Assembly: GCA_017499595.2 (NCBI GenBank)
Contig: CM038999.1
Coordinates: 3,224,001-3,288,000 of the forward strand
DNA: 64,000 bases
Origin: Psilocybe cubensis
Lineage: Eukaryota
Direction of reading: 5' to 3'
The position numbers and the translations under genes are program-made. Positions 38,229 through 50,377 of the stretch are shown one piece after another (the first letter of the stretch is position 1; every line of letters begins with the position of its first letter). The notes below the pieces were generated by a model that saw only the letters and a list, made by a program, of their open reading frames with translations, did no database searches and had not been told where the DNA came from.

Positions 38229-39949
38229 TTATTGACCCCTACGATTCATCTTCAAACTAATATCCTGAATCCCCTTCAGCATCTCAGCGTCCATGGTCGA
38301 GGATGATATCATGATAGTTTCGCCATTGTTCAGGCTGATGGGGACCTGCAGAGCACCGGATTCGGATTTGTTCGCAGGGGCTGTAGCCGCCATGTCGTAT
38401 TTGGTACCGTTGTCAATGATAGAGCACTCAGCTCCAGGGAGACAGAATGGTTTATGATTTTTCCAGTCGTCCCTTTGGCATTTCTTGCTGCAGTAGTAGG
38501 GCTTCTTGTCATCGTCGCAGGGACCAGAACCTAATTGTTTGTAAGTCACACGACAAGTGGGAGCAAATGACATGAAACCTACAGCGCGACAGCTTTGAGC
38601 CAGTGTCCGCTTCAATGTCGCAATTAGGCGCAGCACAACGGTAGCGAATGGTGTTCTTCAATCTCTTTTTCAACATCTTAGCTCGGCCTTTCTCCATCTC
38701 CATCTCCCTCGCCTTGAGCGCGTGTATAGACTGTTTGTACCAGTAATAGAACTCTGGATACCTTTCAGACACCTTGTTGAAAGTCCTCGACATAAAAAAG
38801 AGGACTCCAGGGGAGCCAGGCGCTGGAGCTGAGGACAGAGTGGGGCACAATTTTGCCGCAGTTTCGCAATGGTGTGCGGCAGCGAAAGCGTAACGAGTGC
38901 GTATTTTTCCATCTACAGACTCAAGGTACCAATGAATCAGTATCGAATGCGCCATTTCTTGCACAAGTGGAGATGCATTTGGGGAGTATGCGGCTTTGAT
39001 AAGATATTCACGGCAACGCTTGCGATTTGCCTTGCACCCGAGACCAACCATAAGCCTGAGATCGGAATCAGTCGAAAAATGGCAAATAAATAAGAGGGAT
39101 CATAGCTTACCGGATACCATAGTCCAAAGCTGCCTCTGCGTCACCTCGGTCAGCAGCAGCATTAACAACACTCTCTGGTTTCTCCTGAAGGCGCGCTTTG
39201 ATGATTTCCATCTGCTTATACATCTCGTCCCCACTCCTCTTGGCATCGTATTCGACACCATCAGAAGGCACTCCCCTGGACCAGACATTGTAGTATTGCA
39301 AAACCGCGTTCAGTTGTTTACCCTCATCATCAGTATCGTCATCGAAGGAAGAACGACGCAGAGCGGGCGGCACTTGATAGTTCTCAAAGCCAATGGACTG
39401 CGGAGCTTCGATGGAAGCGGCCACTATCCCTTCCAATCCGCACGCCATCTTGAGAGTTTCAAAGAATCGGGCGAAGGACTCCTGTGCGAGACGAGTAGTC
39501 GATTGTCCAGAAATTCCAATTGTACACAACGCCTCAGGGCGAACCCCCAGGCGCTTCAACTCGTTGCCAACGGCGGCCGCGAGCGATTTGTCGTTGGTCG
39601 AGAGTTTCCACGGGGCGTATGGCGCAGGCGCGTTGGGATACATTCTCTTGTCGTTCATACCCATATTGTTGATGAAAGCATGGAGAATGCCTTTGGCGAG
39701 TACCGGTGCAGCATCCTTTGCAGTCTCAGGGAAGAACACGAGACCGCTTTGATTACTCGCCAACCCGACGGGCAATCTTTCCATATGGGTGAACTGAGAC
39801 TGAGGCTGAATAAAGTAGACAACATGGGATGGTCCAGGTTCCATTTGTATGTAGCGAATATCGAAATGCCATTCATTTGACACGCGTCCCGACGGTGTTT
39901 TCGCCCGGCGAGGCAGGGCGTTGAACGCCTCAACGAGTTCTTTTGACAT
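38229..39949 (-). CDS. Unknown N-terminal domain + SEL1-like repeat + MYND zinc finger, paralogue B (possible extra 5' exon MQRLN from 40029)
   Basis: Same motifs and intron positions as paralogue A; shares identical nucleotide stretches with it. Confidence 0.85.
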
Positions 39950-40223
39950 CTACAACCCGGTCGACAAAAGTTAGTAAACTTACTTTCATTTCGATCTGAT
40001 GCCATTACGCTTACATTCAGGCGTTGCATATCCAAGTATCTGTGAAGAGCAACGGTGGAACAAAAGTGGAAGCAAGGGACGAATTATGGTTTGTTTATTC
40101 TGCGGTTTTAATTAAGAGGGCGACGGAAATTGCCGGATCCCTGAATTATATTTCTTGCGAAGGCTCTCATGCTCGAGTACACAACCACCCACAAATACCG
40201 GCATCCATCAATTTGGTCCAGTT

Positions 40224-41954
40224 TTACGCCTGTCCAATATCCATCTCGTTGTATCTTTTCATTTCCTTCAACATCTTCGCGTCCATCGTAGTTGAGCAAA
40301 CCATAAGAGTCTTGCCACTTTCCCTGAACGTAATGGGAATCATCAACGCCCCATCCACAGTCTTCCGAGCAGGTGACGTTTCTGCAAGGTCGTACTTCGT
40401 CCCATCATCGATAACTGAGCTCTCCGCTCCGGGGCGACAAAATGGTTTATGATTCCGCCAGTCTTCTCTCTGACACTCTTGGGTGCAATAATAAGGCTTC
40501 TTGTCGATATCACATGGACCAGAGCCTGGAAAGAGAAGATAAATATCTAACTCATATATGTCAACTTGACGAAGAGGAAGGGGACGTACACCGTGACAGC
40601 TTCGAGCCTTTATCTGCTTCAATCTCACATCCCGGAGCAGCACATCGATATCGAGACGCATTTAGCGCCCTCTTTCGCGCTATCTTGGCCTGATTTTCCT
40701 CATATTGTCTGTCTCTCGCTTCCAACGCATCGACAGCCTCGATAAACCAGATATAAAATTCGGGGACATCCTCAGCCAGGGTTTTGAACGTCTTTTTCAT
40801 AAACCAAAGCACGGCCGGAGATGCGCATACATCTGAACCGGAAACCTCAGCACACAACTGTGCAGCTTCGTTGCAGTGATGTGAGGCTGCAAAAGCGTAC
40901 CGAGGAGTGATTCTATCACTGTGCAAATACCATTCTATAAGAACGCCATGAGCCATGGCCTTGATCGTTTTCGAGGCGCTTTCGGAATGTGCAGCCTTAA
41001 CGAGATAATCGCGGGCACGTTTGCGGTTGCGTTTACACCCTAAACCAACCGTAAGCCTGTAAATGGAAGCTCAGTGAAAGAAAATGTGCGTTTTAAACGT
41101 TTGGAAATAGCGACTTACCTCATCCCATAATCCAAGGCTGCATCGGCGTCTCCTCGATCAGCCGCTGCATTGATGATACGCTCTGGCTTTTCTTTCAAAA
41201 GCGTCTCGATTCTCGTGAATTCCCGCTCTCTGTTTTCCTGGTACCGCTTGGCCTCGTATTCAGTGCCATCTGACGGCAATACGGTGGCCCAAAGGGTAGT
41301 ATATTCGAGCATCACCCGGAAATCACTATTCTCTTCATCATCGAGATCATTGCGCTTTTCAGAGACAGCCTTAGGAACACGACAACCTTCCCATACAATA
41401 GGGCCAGGAGTCTGAACGATAGCAGCCATAGTATCGTCCAGAACACAGACATTAACCAGATTACGGAAAAACAGGCCAAAGGTCTGCATAGCACCATCAA
41501 CAACTGTCTCGCTCGAAATGCTGATGTCCCACAGAGCTTCAGATTTGACTCCAACACGCTTCAGTTCATGTCCAACAGCAGTAGCAAGGGCCTTGTCGTC
41601 AGTCATAAGTTTCCACGGAGCGAGCGCACTTGGAGGTTCAGGGTACATTCTTCTGTCGTTCCGGCCCATGTTGTCAACAAACGCGCGAAGAATGCCTTTG
41701 ACAACCGTCGGCGCCGCCTCCTTCGCAGTCTCAGGAAAGAATTTAAGATTGACCTCGTCGCTGGCTAGGTCAATAGGCAACCTTAGCGTATATATGAGAT
41801 GAGATTGAGGTTGAAAAAAGAACACAACATGAGCTGGGTTCGGTTCCAGTTGAACATATCGAACATCAAAGTGCCACTCGTTGGGCGCCCACCCAGACGG
41901 CGACCTGGGGTTACGAGGTAATGCGTTGAATTTCTCAACTAGGTCTTTCGACAT
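40224..41954 (-). CDS. Unknown N-terminal domain + SEL1-like repeat + MYND zinc finger, paralogue C
   Basis: Same motifs (EWHFDVRY, APWKL, AAADRGDADAALDYG, YCTQECQREDWRNHKPFC) and intron positions; more diverged than A/B. Confidence 0.85.
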
Positions 41955-42685
41955 CTGCAACTTTTAAAATCAATCAAAGGTCTTCAATATTCATAACTGT
42001 CATGAGCTGACCTCGTCAAAGTATGGTGTGATGGGCCTGGAGTTGGTGGTGAAGATGATAGGGACGGGATAAAGTGGCGACTAGCCATTGGCGAATGTTA
42101 TAAAGGAGAGGCGGCATTTTCCGCCTTTGTGTTGAATCTGACCCTTTGTGTCTTTGAAGATGTCAACACTTGCAGCACAGTACTCACCCTGAATGGATCA
42201 TGTTTACAGCGCATCCACGTTGTCAGAAATGTATATGCCCAACGTATATTGACTTTGATTTCTACTTTCAGCAAAGGTTTTGATAGTTCCACAAAAATAG
42301 GCAGCAATAAAAAACAGCTTCTTCGGATTGGACATCTTGGATCCCAGTTCTCCAAAAGGCGAGGACAACCTTCGATGCTAGATGACATTTCGCAGTAAGT
42401 CATAGACTGGAGCTAAATATAGTCCATTCTCTACGTCGGTCCGCAAGGGCAGGACGATCCGTTGTATCAAGCAAAGAAGCTGCCAGGAACATATATGGGC
42501 CCAACATTGCAGACTTCGTCTGATTATGAGGAAAATGGTGTCATGTGGGTACAAGGGCGAAGTGAGGAAGTTATATCCATGACATACCATGCGTCCCGGT
42601 GAAAGCCAGGAGAACCATAAAAGAAAACGAAGACGTTGATCACCAGTGCCCACGAACAAGCTCACATCTCCACTAAAGATCCACG

Positions 42686-45121
42686 ATGAAGCGCACAATA
42701 TTACTTGCCTCCATTTCTGTAGCACTGACATGGAACCGATGCAACGCCCTCATCAACCGCAAAGCCCTCGTCTCTCGATTCAACCCAACACGTAACGCCT
42801 CGAGTCTCACCACACCGATGCAAGTGGGCAACGGGAACTTCGCCTTCGGCGCAGACGTAACAGGCCTGCAGACATTCCAGCCCTTTGGCATCCTTTCCTC
42901 GTGGGGGTGGAAGAACGACAGCCTTCCGCTGGGTGTTACACAAGCCGACGTGGACGATTACAAGGGCGTGAGCTGGCTGAACCACGGACGGCCTGTACAA
43001 TACGACTTCGGAGGGGGAAATCCAATTGAGCAGTGGCTCATTTCGAATCCAAACCGCGTCAACCTTGGGCGCATTGGCCTCCAGTTTATGGACGCCGAAG
43101 GAAATATCCTAACCAATGTGACGGAGAATGATCTTAGAAAAGTTTCCCAGAAGCTCGATTTATGGACTGGTATCATCAGCAGCAGCTTCGAATTGGAAGG
43201 TGCCAAAGTATTGGTAGAGGTAGCATGCGCGCAGGATACAGATGTTGTTGGCATACGTATTACCTCGGGTCTAGTAAAGGACGGGAGGCTCGGTATGTTT
43301 CTTGATTTCCCATGGAACGACGGGTCATCCAAGTTCAGCGCGCCGTTTGTTGGGAATTGGAGTGTACCAGAGAAGCATACATCCGTGTTAACCGTTTCGT
43401 CCAGCAAGATATACGAGCCTGGAAAGGTCCAAGCGGAAATCACACACGAGATGGATGGGAACTCGTTCTTTACGTCGCTCGCCGGAGATGACATGAAAGT
43501 AACGAGGCTATCACCGAGCACACATCGGTATATTGTGCGGCCATCCAAATCCCAATCGAATGTATTTTCCATTGCGGTGGCCTTTGGGAATGCCACTGCA
43601 ATTAACGGTGCTATTTCATCACCATCCGATATTTTTGAATCGTCAAGGGACACCTGGCAAGGTTACTGGTTAAATCATGGCTTTGTAGATGTGTTAACAG
43701 GTTCTTCTGATTCTCGAGCACCCGAGTTACAGAGAAGAATAATTTTATCAAGGTATTTGATGAAAGTGAACGAAGCAGGAAGTACGCCACCACAAGAGGT
43801 AAGTATAAGTTAATCATTCAGGTAACCTGAAAGATTTGAACAGCAATTGACAGTCAGGTCTAACAAACAATGGATGGGTGAGTTTCCTGAGTTATCTTGG
43901 GGGAATTAATGTTTAAAAACTATACCTTTGGGAAACCAGTACGGGTAGGCGTAGAATAAAAGAATCCTGATGTGTATATGCTGACGCCGATGTCGACAGA
44001 AAATTCCACATGGGTATGCTCAATTCCACACGAACATGATAATGTGCTGAGAACGCGGCAGAGATGTATTTCTGGCATAGTATACATTGGGCGCTTTGGT
44101 CAAACTGGGATCTGCTATCGCGCTCGAACGACATATACTCGCGTTTTCTGCGAAGCTCTATCCAACGCGCTCAAATCCAACAAGGCTGGCCAGCCGGCGC
44201 CAGATGGCCAAAGATGACGGACCCAAGCGGCAGATCCGCACCGGGAGAAATAAACAACCTGCTCATATGGGAACAGCCGCATCCGCTCGTGTTTGCAGAG
44301 TATGAGTACCGAGCATTTCCAACCGCGGCCACATTGCAAAAGTGGGAAGACGTCGTGAAAGAAACAGCAGATTGGATGGCGGCGTTTGCGTGGTGGAATG
44401 AGACCAGCGGGGTGTATGATATTGGACCACCCATGTACATCGTCAGCGAGGATACCAGTCCAAACGTTACCAGAAACGCAGCGTTCGAGCTTTCATACTG
44501 GCGATTCGGCCTAGGATTAGCTGAGACGTGGATGCAGAAGCTAGGAAAAGAAGTGCCGGTGCAATGGACAAATGTCCGAAATAAACTTGCAAAACTTCCT
44601 TCCAGCAATGGGACATACGACGTATATGAAGGGATCGAGCCCGACTTCTGGACAGACCCAGCTTTCACAAGTAACCATCCTGCACTTGTTGGACTCCACG
44701 GCTGGCTCCCACCAACACAGGGCTTGGACATTAACATGGCTAAGGCAACTGCTGAGAAGGTGTGGGCGTCATGGAATGCAACTGACTTTTGGGGGTAGGC
44801 ACTATAACCCTGAAGGACCTGATTAAAGGGCTGACATGGGTCGACAGATGGGACTTCCCAATGCTAGCCATGTCCGCGGCCAGAAACGGAAATCCCGACA
44901 AGGCTATCGACTGGCTTTTGAGTCCTTTATTCACTTTCGACGACGTCGGTATGCCAGGGGGTGGTGTTCAAGTACCGACACCGTATTTTCCAGGAGCAGG
45001 AGCCTTACTTCTCGCAGTAGCTATGATGAGTGCAGGCTGGGATGGAAGTACTGCGCATGCTCCAGGATTTCCAGAAGATGGTTGGAAAGTTGAATATGAA
45101 GGTATAAGTAAAGCTTTGTGA
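42686..45121 (+). CDS. Secreted six-hairpin glycosidase-like protein (GH family not assigned)
   Basis: Signal peptide; INRKALVSRFNP..MQVGNGNFAFGADVTGLQT, ELQRRIILSRY, NGWYGKFHMEM, GARWPKMT, LLIWEQPHP, WGWDFP, YFPG. Confidence 0.8.
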
Positions 45122-45465
45122 TGCCAAACATTCATTTGTTTTCAGTTTTGCGGCATGCCTCACGTGGGATTGGAGGTAAGATTCAAGTCACGTTATAGGT
45201 TTAGACACGTCGCGTCTTAACGCGATTCGCGACTTTCGGGCACTTGGATAAAGCTCGATATTGAGATATTAAAGTTTTTTCACCTCTCAATAAAAAAATA
45301 AACTGGTCCAATTATCATGACGATTGAACATTACCAGTGAGCAAAAAGAGGCGCATATATACGAAGTCAAAATCTAAGAGAATACGAATGAAATGGTGTT
45401 AGGCTTTGGACAAAAGGCTAATACATCAGAACGCCTGAATCGAAACTATAACACAAAACAGCCAG

Positions 45466-48061
45466 TCAGAAAACAGTATTTACAGAAAAAGGAAGAGGAA
45501 TTCGTTCACCTTTAGGATTAGGACTCGGCGGCCCAGATGTATTTCCATTAAAGAATGTCGGCCCGTAAATTCCAGACTCAGTCGTTGAGCCGGGGGAAGG
45601 CGTAGGCAAGGGCGAAGGGGGTGACGAAAACGAAGACGACTCGACATACTGCACGATATGGCCCATCTCACTCACGTACCCCGTCCCAGTTTGGCTCAAC
45701 ATCCTGGCCAATCCCGTTTCCGGTCGACAGAGTACCAAAAATTTGATATACTGCGGCACTCTACTCATAGCTTTTGAGCTCAAAAATCCTGCCAACACCT
45801 CGACCATCCTCTGATACTCTGCCTTCGCCTCTGCTGAATCACATTCGCCAACTCCAGTGCGTGAGCCTACTCCGTCAATGACAAAAACCAATGGCTCAAG
45901 TGGGTTCCAAAGAGGAGCGACACGACCTTTCTCAAACTCGCGCATGGGGCCTACAAACAGTTTCTCGAAGCGCTCTTCCAAGTTTCCGTGGATAGCGGCA
46001 GAAGCCTGGGCTTTCGTGAACGCAGCTTTTAGATGCCCCTCGGCGTCCGGCTCCGCAACGGATATTTGGTGAATGATAGTCATCGGCAAGGCGTCGAGTA
46101 TCTGGCTCGGGGTACGCTTCGCCGACGATGAAGAATCCAGGTCGAAAGAGAAGTATCCACCGAGACATCCCATATCTCGCAACCAGTCCATGATATGCGC
46201 AGCGAGCTGTGTCTTACCGCAGCCTGGTGCTCCTGAAAGACAAAATACATTGTTCGCAGTTATGCCGCTGCTGGTGTGGACACTGTGACTGCTGCTTCTA
46301 CGAGACCCCGCGTTTGGACTGTCTGGACGCCCAGTCTCCCGGAAAGAAGGTGAGAATATCCATTCTGCGACAAGTCTCACAAGGTCGGGTCTATCATACG
46401 ACCCAGAAGAATAAGTTGCTGGGATTTCCATGGGAAGCATATTATGTTTTGGCAGTTCTCCATTCGCAACTGAGAATTGGCATATCGATGAGTCGAAGAG
46501 AGATTTATAAGAACAAAAGCGTACCTAACGGAGATTGTAGAGCGATCCTTCTCGAAGTCTTGTTGATCAAAGGAACGGGTCGCTTGGTGTCCTTTTCAAG
46601 CAAAAACTTTGCGCAGTCTTCGAAATACTTTATCCAGTACGTCACCTTGAACTCAAGCTTATCCTTTGCAAAAACTAAAGAAATATATTTTCGTTAGAAC
46701 CGATCAAGTTTCATCACTTAGCATGTCGAAAATCAGAGACCTACCATCTTGCATTCTCAGAAAGTTTTCAACTGACACAAGCGCCTTCACAACACCACAC
46801 ATCATCTCACCCATCATTTGCATTGTGTGTTCACTTTGCTTGCCCATATGTCTCGCAGAAAGCGATTCAAAGGGCGTGAACGCCTCGTTCAGCGAGCTCG
46901 AGAGCGCGACGGTATTCTTGTTGATATTCTTCGTCACAGGATTCTCAATGATCTGTAATCGAAATACGGTAGCAGTGGCAAAAGCGAAGTAGCCTAAAGT
47001 TAGCAATTTGATTCCTATTTTCAGCGCAGTGTGAAGCTACTCGCCTTACGAACACCTTCTGCCGCGCCAAGGATGATATCGATGAGACACAAGAACTAGA
47101 AAAGGAAACAAAAAATCATGCGAAGCGTTAGTGAATCAGTCATCAATACCACTCAACGTTCGCGGCTGCCGGCTGGGAACACATCCACTCCACAGAAGGC
47201 GAGGTGAAAATAGAAACAAAACACACTTACAGGCGTGTCTTCTAGAGCTTTCCTAAATCGGACCATCTTCCCAACGAAAGCCCTCAATTCTTCCGACGAC
47301 TGCCTCGAGCACATTTCCACAAAACGCGACTGATCTGCTGCTGTGATTACACTGTTTCGGTCTTTCATCGCAGTCTGCCGCACTATTATGCTCAGAACAG
47401 CTTGCTTGGGGCTGTTAGTTGCCGAAGATTTTGTAGACACGAGAAGGTCGACATCTGAAGAAGAGTAAATCGAGTCAAGAGGCTGACTACCTGTAGGGAA
47501 GCAAAATAAGACTTACGCGCGTCGCGGTCTTCGCCTGCTTCACTCTGCATTTTCAGTAGCTGACCAACGGTGAGGGTGTCCGTTGATCCCAACACCGTTT
47601 TGTTCTTCCACAGGACTTGGCTCTTTAGTTCGAAACGAACTTTGGAGCTGTCTTTCAGGTCCAATCTGCCAAGAGGTATAAGAACAGAAAATGATATCAG
47701 ATGCGAAAATGACGAACTGAGGCATATTCTCGCCCCATGAAATTAAGGAACCGCTTTTCTTCTGCTCAGTGGCAAAAGAGTCTCTGGTTTCAAGGCTTTC
47801 CACAGACACAGATATCGATGACATGGTTTGCCATCCTGTGGACTGGGGTAATCCTTTAACGCTAATAACTGAATGAAGGTTGAGACCTGAACAGAAGAAG
47901 AGGGGCATTTTCGTACCGTGAAATTGTATTCGCTTTCTATCTTCAAATTCGATTTTACTGGAAATGATAAGAACAGAATTATTAGCACAATACGATTTGA
48001 TGCATCATGAAAAGCAATCGTACGGTGTCGATTTTCTCTTCTCAACAACAATGTCGGCCAT
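45466..48061 (-). CDS. C2-domain + helical region + NACHT-type (STAND) P-loop protein, no C-terminal repeats
   Basis: Spliced N-terminus IQFHVISVKGLP...ISWGENM...VRFELKS..VLGS (C2-like); VFCLSGAPGCGKT Walker A (~46210-46233); LGGYFSF, FEKLFVGP, PLVFVIDG, KFLVLCRPE are fungal NACHT motifs. Confidence 0.75.
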
Positions 48062-50377
48062 GTTGTGATCGTTCTGGCGAGAAATCTGTGAAGCAATATA
48101 TGTTTGAGCTAGGTTCTGCGTTGGTTGGAGCGCGAGGAAAACGGGAAGGTGGAAGTTTTTAAACAGCAAGTATGAAAGGTCGGTCCACAGCAATAATGCA
48201 AGACAAATGTCAAAGCCGGGAACTTTTATAAAGTTCCGGCAGTGTGAATCATACTTCTGCATCTGTTGACGCCCACTGGACGTACATTTTGATGGCTACC
48301 ACAGCAGTACTGGTTTCTCAATGTATGCGGCTCGGTTTCAAGAGTTTGAGTCGTGGTTCGTGTGCGACACGATATGGTATGACTGGTAACTTGAACGAGG
48401 TCGTACGTCTTGTCTACACGTGCAATCTTACTGTCAAGGGTTCAAAGCTTGAAATGACTCTTGATATGGCACTGCAGCGTGTACAGATAGAGGCACAGCG
48501 GCAGATTCAGAGAGGGGTGCAAAAATTCAGGTGCCCGACTCCAACTGGAACCGTCCGAGGTTTTTAACCGCGAGGCTATGCTCTGCATATGACGAGGTGC
48601 ATGGCATAATTTGTGTATAACGTCCATAAAGGGTAGGAAAATCAGACGGATGAGGTCAGAAGGGGCATGCGCGATTTTCTCTATAAAGCGTGATGCATAT
48701 GATCCCGTTTACACACCTTGTCGACTCTCGCCCTTTCAAATTGAATCTTGCCCCTTCAGCGAAACTTCTATATTGATTTGAATAGCGGATAGACGAGGCA
48801 GTGCTTGTCACTCGGAACCTTCGGGAATGCCGAGACCACCAAGAGGCTGACTGGTCACTGGTGCGAGGTAGCTAGACCAGAAACGATGTTCGGTGAGGCC
48901 CTCGGAGAGAATACCGATCCTGGTGAAGATGAGGGTAGAAGAACAGATTCAAGAGGGTCCAATGGGCCCGGCGGTCGATGTTTCAGAGTCATCGGAGTCC
49001 ATATTGGAATGTTCAAAATTGGATCCACTGCCAGTTGGCACCAAACGCGTGGGCATCCGCGAAGGACATTTGTGTAAGCTGGTGTACGTATTTCTTGTTG
49101 ATATATACAAACGCATCTAGAAGAAAGATGGCTCCAGATGTATAATTTCGCTATTGATAACCATGTTGGAAGTGATTGAATGAGTAATATAATTATGACT
49201 TCACAAGTCAATCCAGATTTGCGAGCCGTGACTTCATGATATCACTGAAAAGGAAATGTGTCACAATAAATGTCCTATTTTTGCTTCACTTGGTGGGTTT
49301 TATTTTTGGCACTAGAGGGTTAGTGGTGAATTTTTAATTTGAACATTGTATAGTGTCGGTAAATATATGCGACTTCGAAGAGATCCTCTCTATTCTATCT
49401 AAATATTCAAGCGGTATTCCGTCATCCCATCTGAGCAACAAATTCAAATATCTATCTGTACCCCACAGGATGGAGTAAAGATGGAGCTAAGATATGTGTA
49501 GGTGTCCGTTTCCTTACCTACAAGTTCCCAAGAGCTATATCCCAGGTCAGCAGGAAACCCATAAAATATTCAAGAGACCACTACACTGCAAGAAATCTGT
49601 CTAATAGTGATACACAAGAAGGATGCAGTTAAAAGTTTGGCGGTGCTGGGGATATCGGTCAGCCGTCACTACGATTCTAGCGTCGAGACGAATTTAAAAA
49701 GAATTCTAGTCAGAACTTGTCGGGATGTAAAACATTAAAAGCACTGCCAAAGGGATCCAAGCGCATGCATAGCCAGTTCAATGACTGGCCGTGTATGTCA
49801 GGATCTTGTCCAGCTAAAAGGCACTATCACCTGAAAGAGAAAGCTCCATAACGTTTGAACAGTGCCGCCAGATCATCCATGTCTATGTTCTGGAAGCCAG
49901 CAAGGTATGGTATATAAGACACAGAGATTTGAACAATGACCAGAAGGTGGAAGTTGACCCGGAGCCTAACCTAAACAAAAAATGGCCACCAATATGTGTA
50001 CCAAGACAGCCTGAGGGTATGATTCTGAACTTGGAACAAATGCATTCTTTTGAAATTCACCAAATACTTTACCGTCAAAGATGACATGGCAGAACTGAGA
50101 TAGTGCAGTAGAAACAGCAAAACAACGATGATGGTGGTTCCTGACGAACTTAAAAGCTTTTTGCCAACACCTATTGCGGATGATGTGAAGTCACGTGAAT
50201 GCTCCGTATTGACCGTCGTGGCAGCTTCTCAGTCTCCAAAACCCTTTGGGTCTCAACTCAATCTCAGCTCCCTTTCACCTCTCTAGTCACCCGAACACAA
50301 TACAGGTCCAGGACAAGACATAAACGGACATATAGAGAACTCCAGCCGACCTAACACCAACGCAAGTCGTCTTCAGG

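Noticed and set aside
38996-39880. 294-aa plus-strand ORF
   Set aside because: Antisense shadow of MYND paralogue B
48800-49210. Short ORFs upstream of the C2-NACHT gene as an amyloid-signalling effector partner
   Set aside because: No HeLo/HET-like or N/Q/G-rich amyloid motif visible; no gene structure
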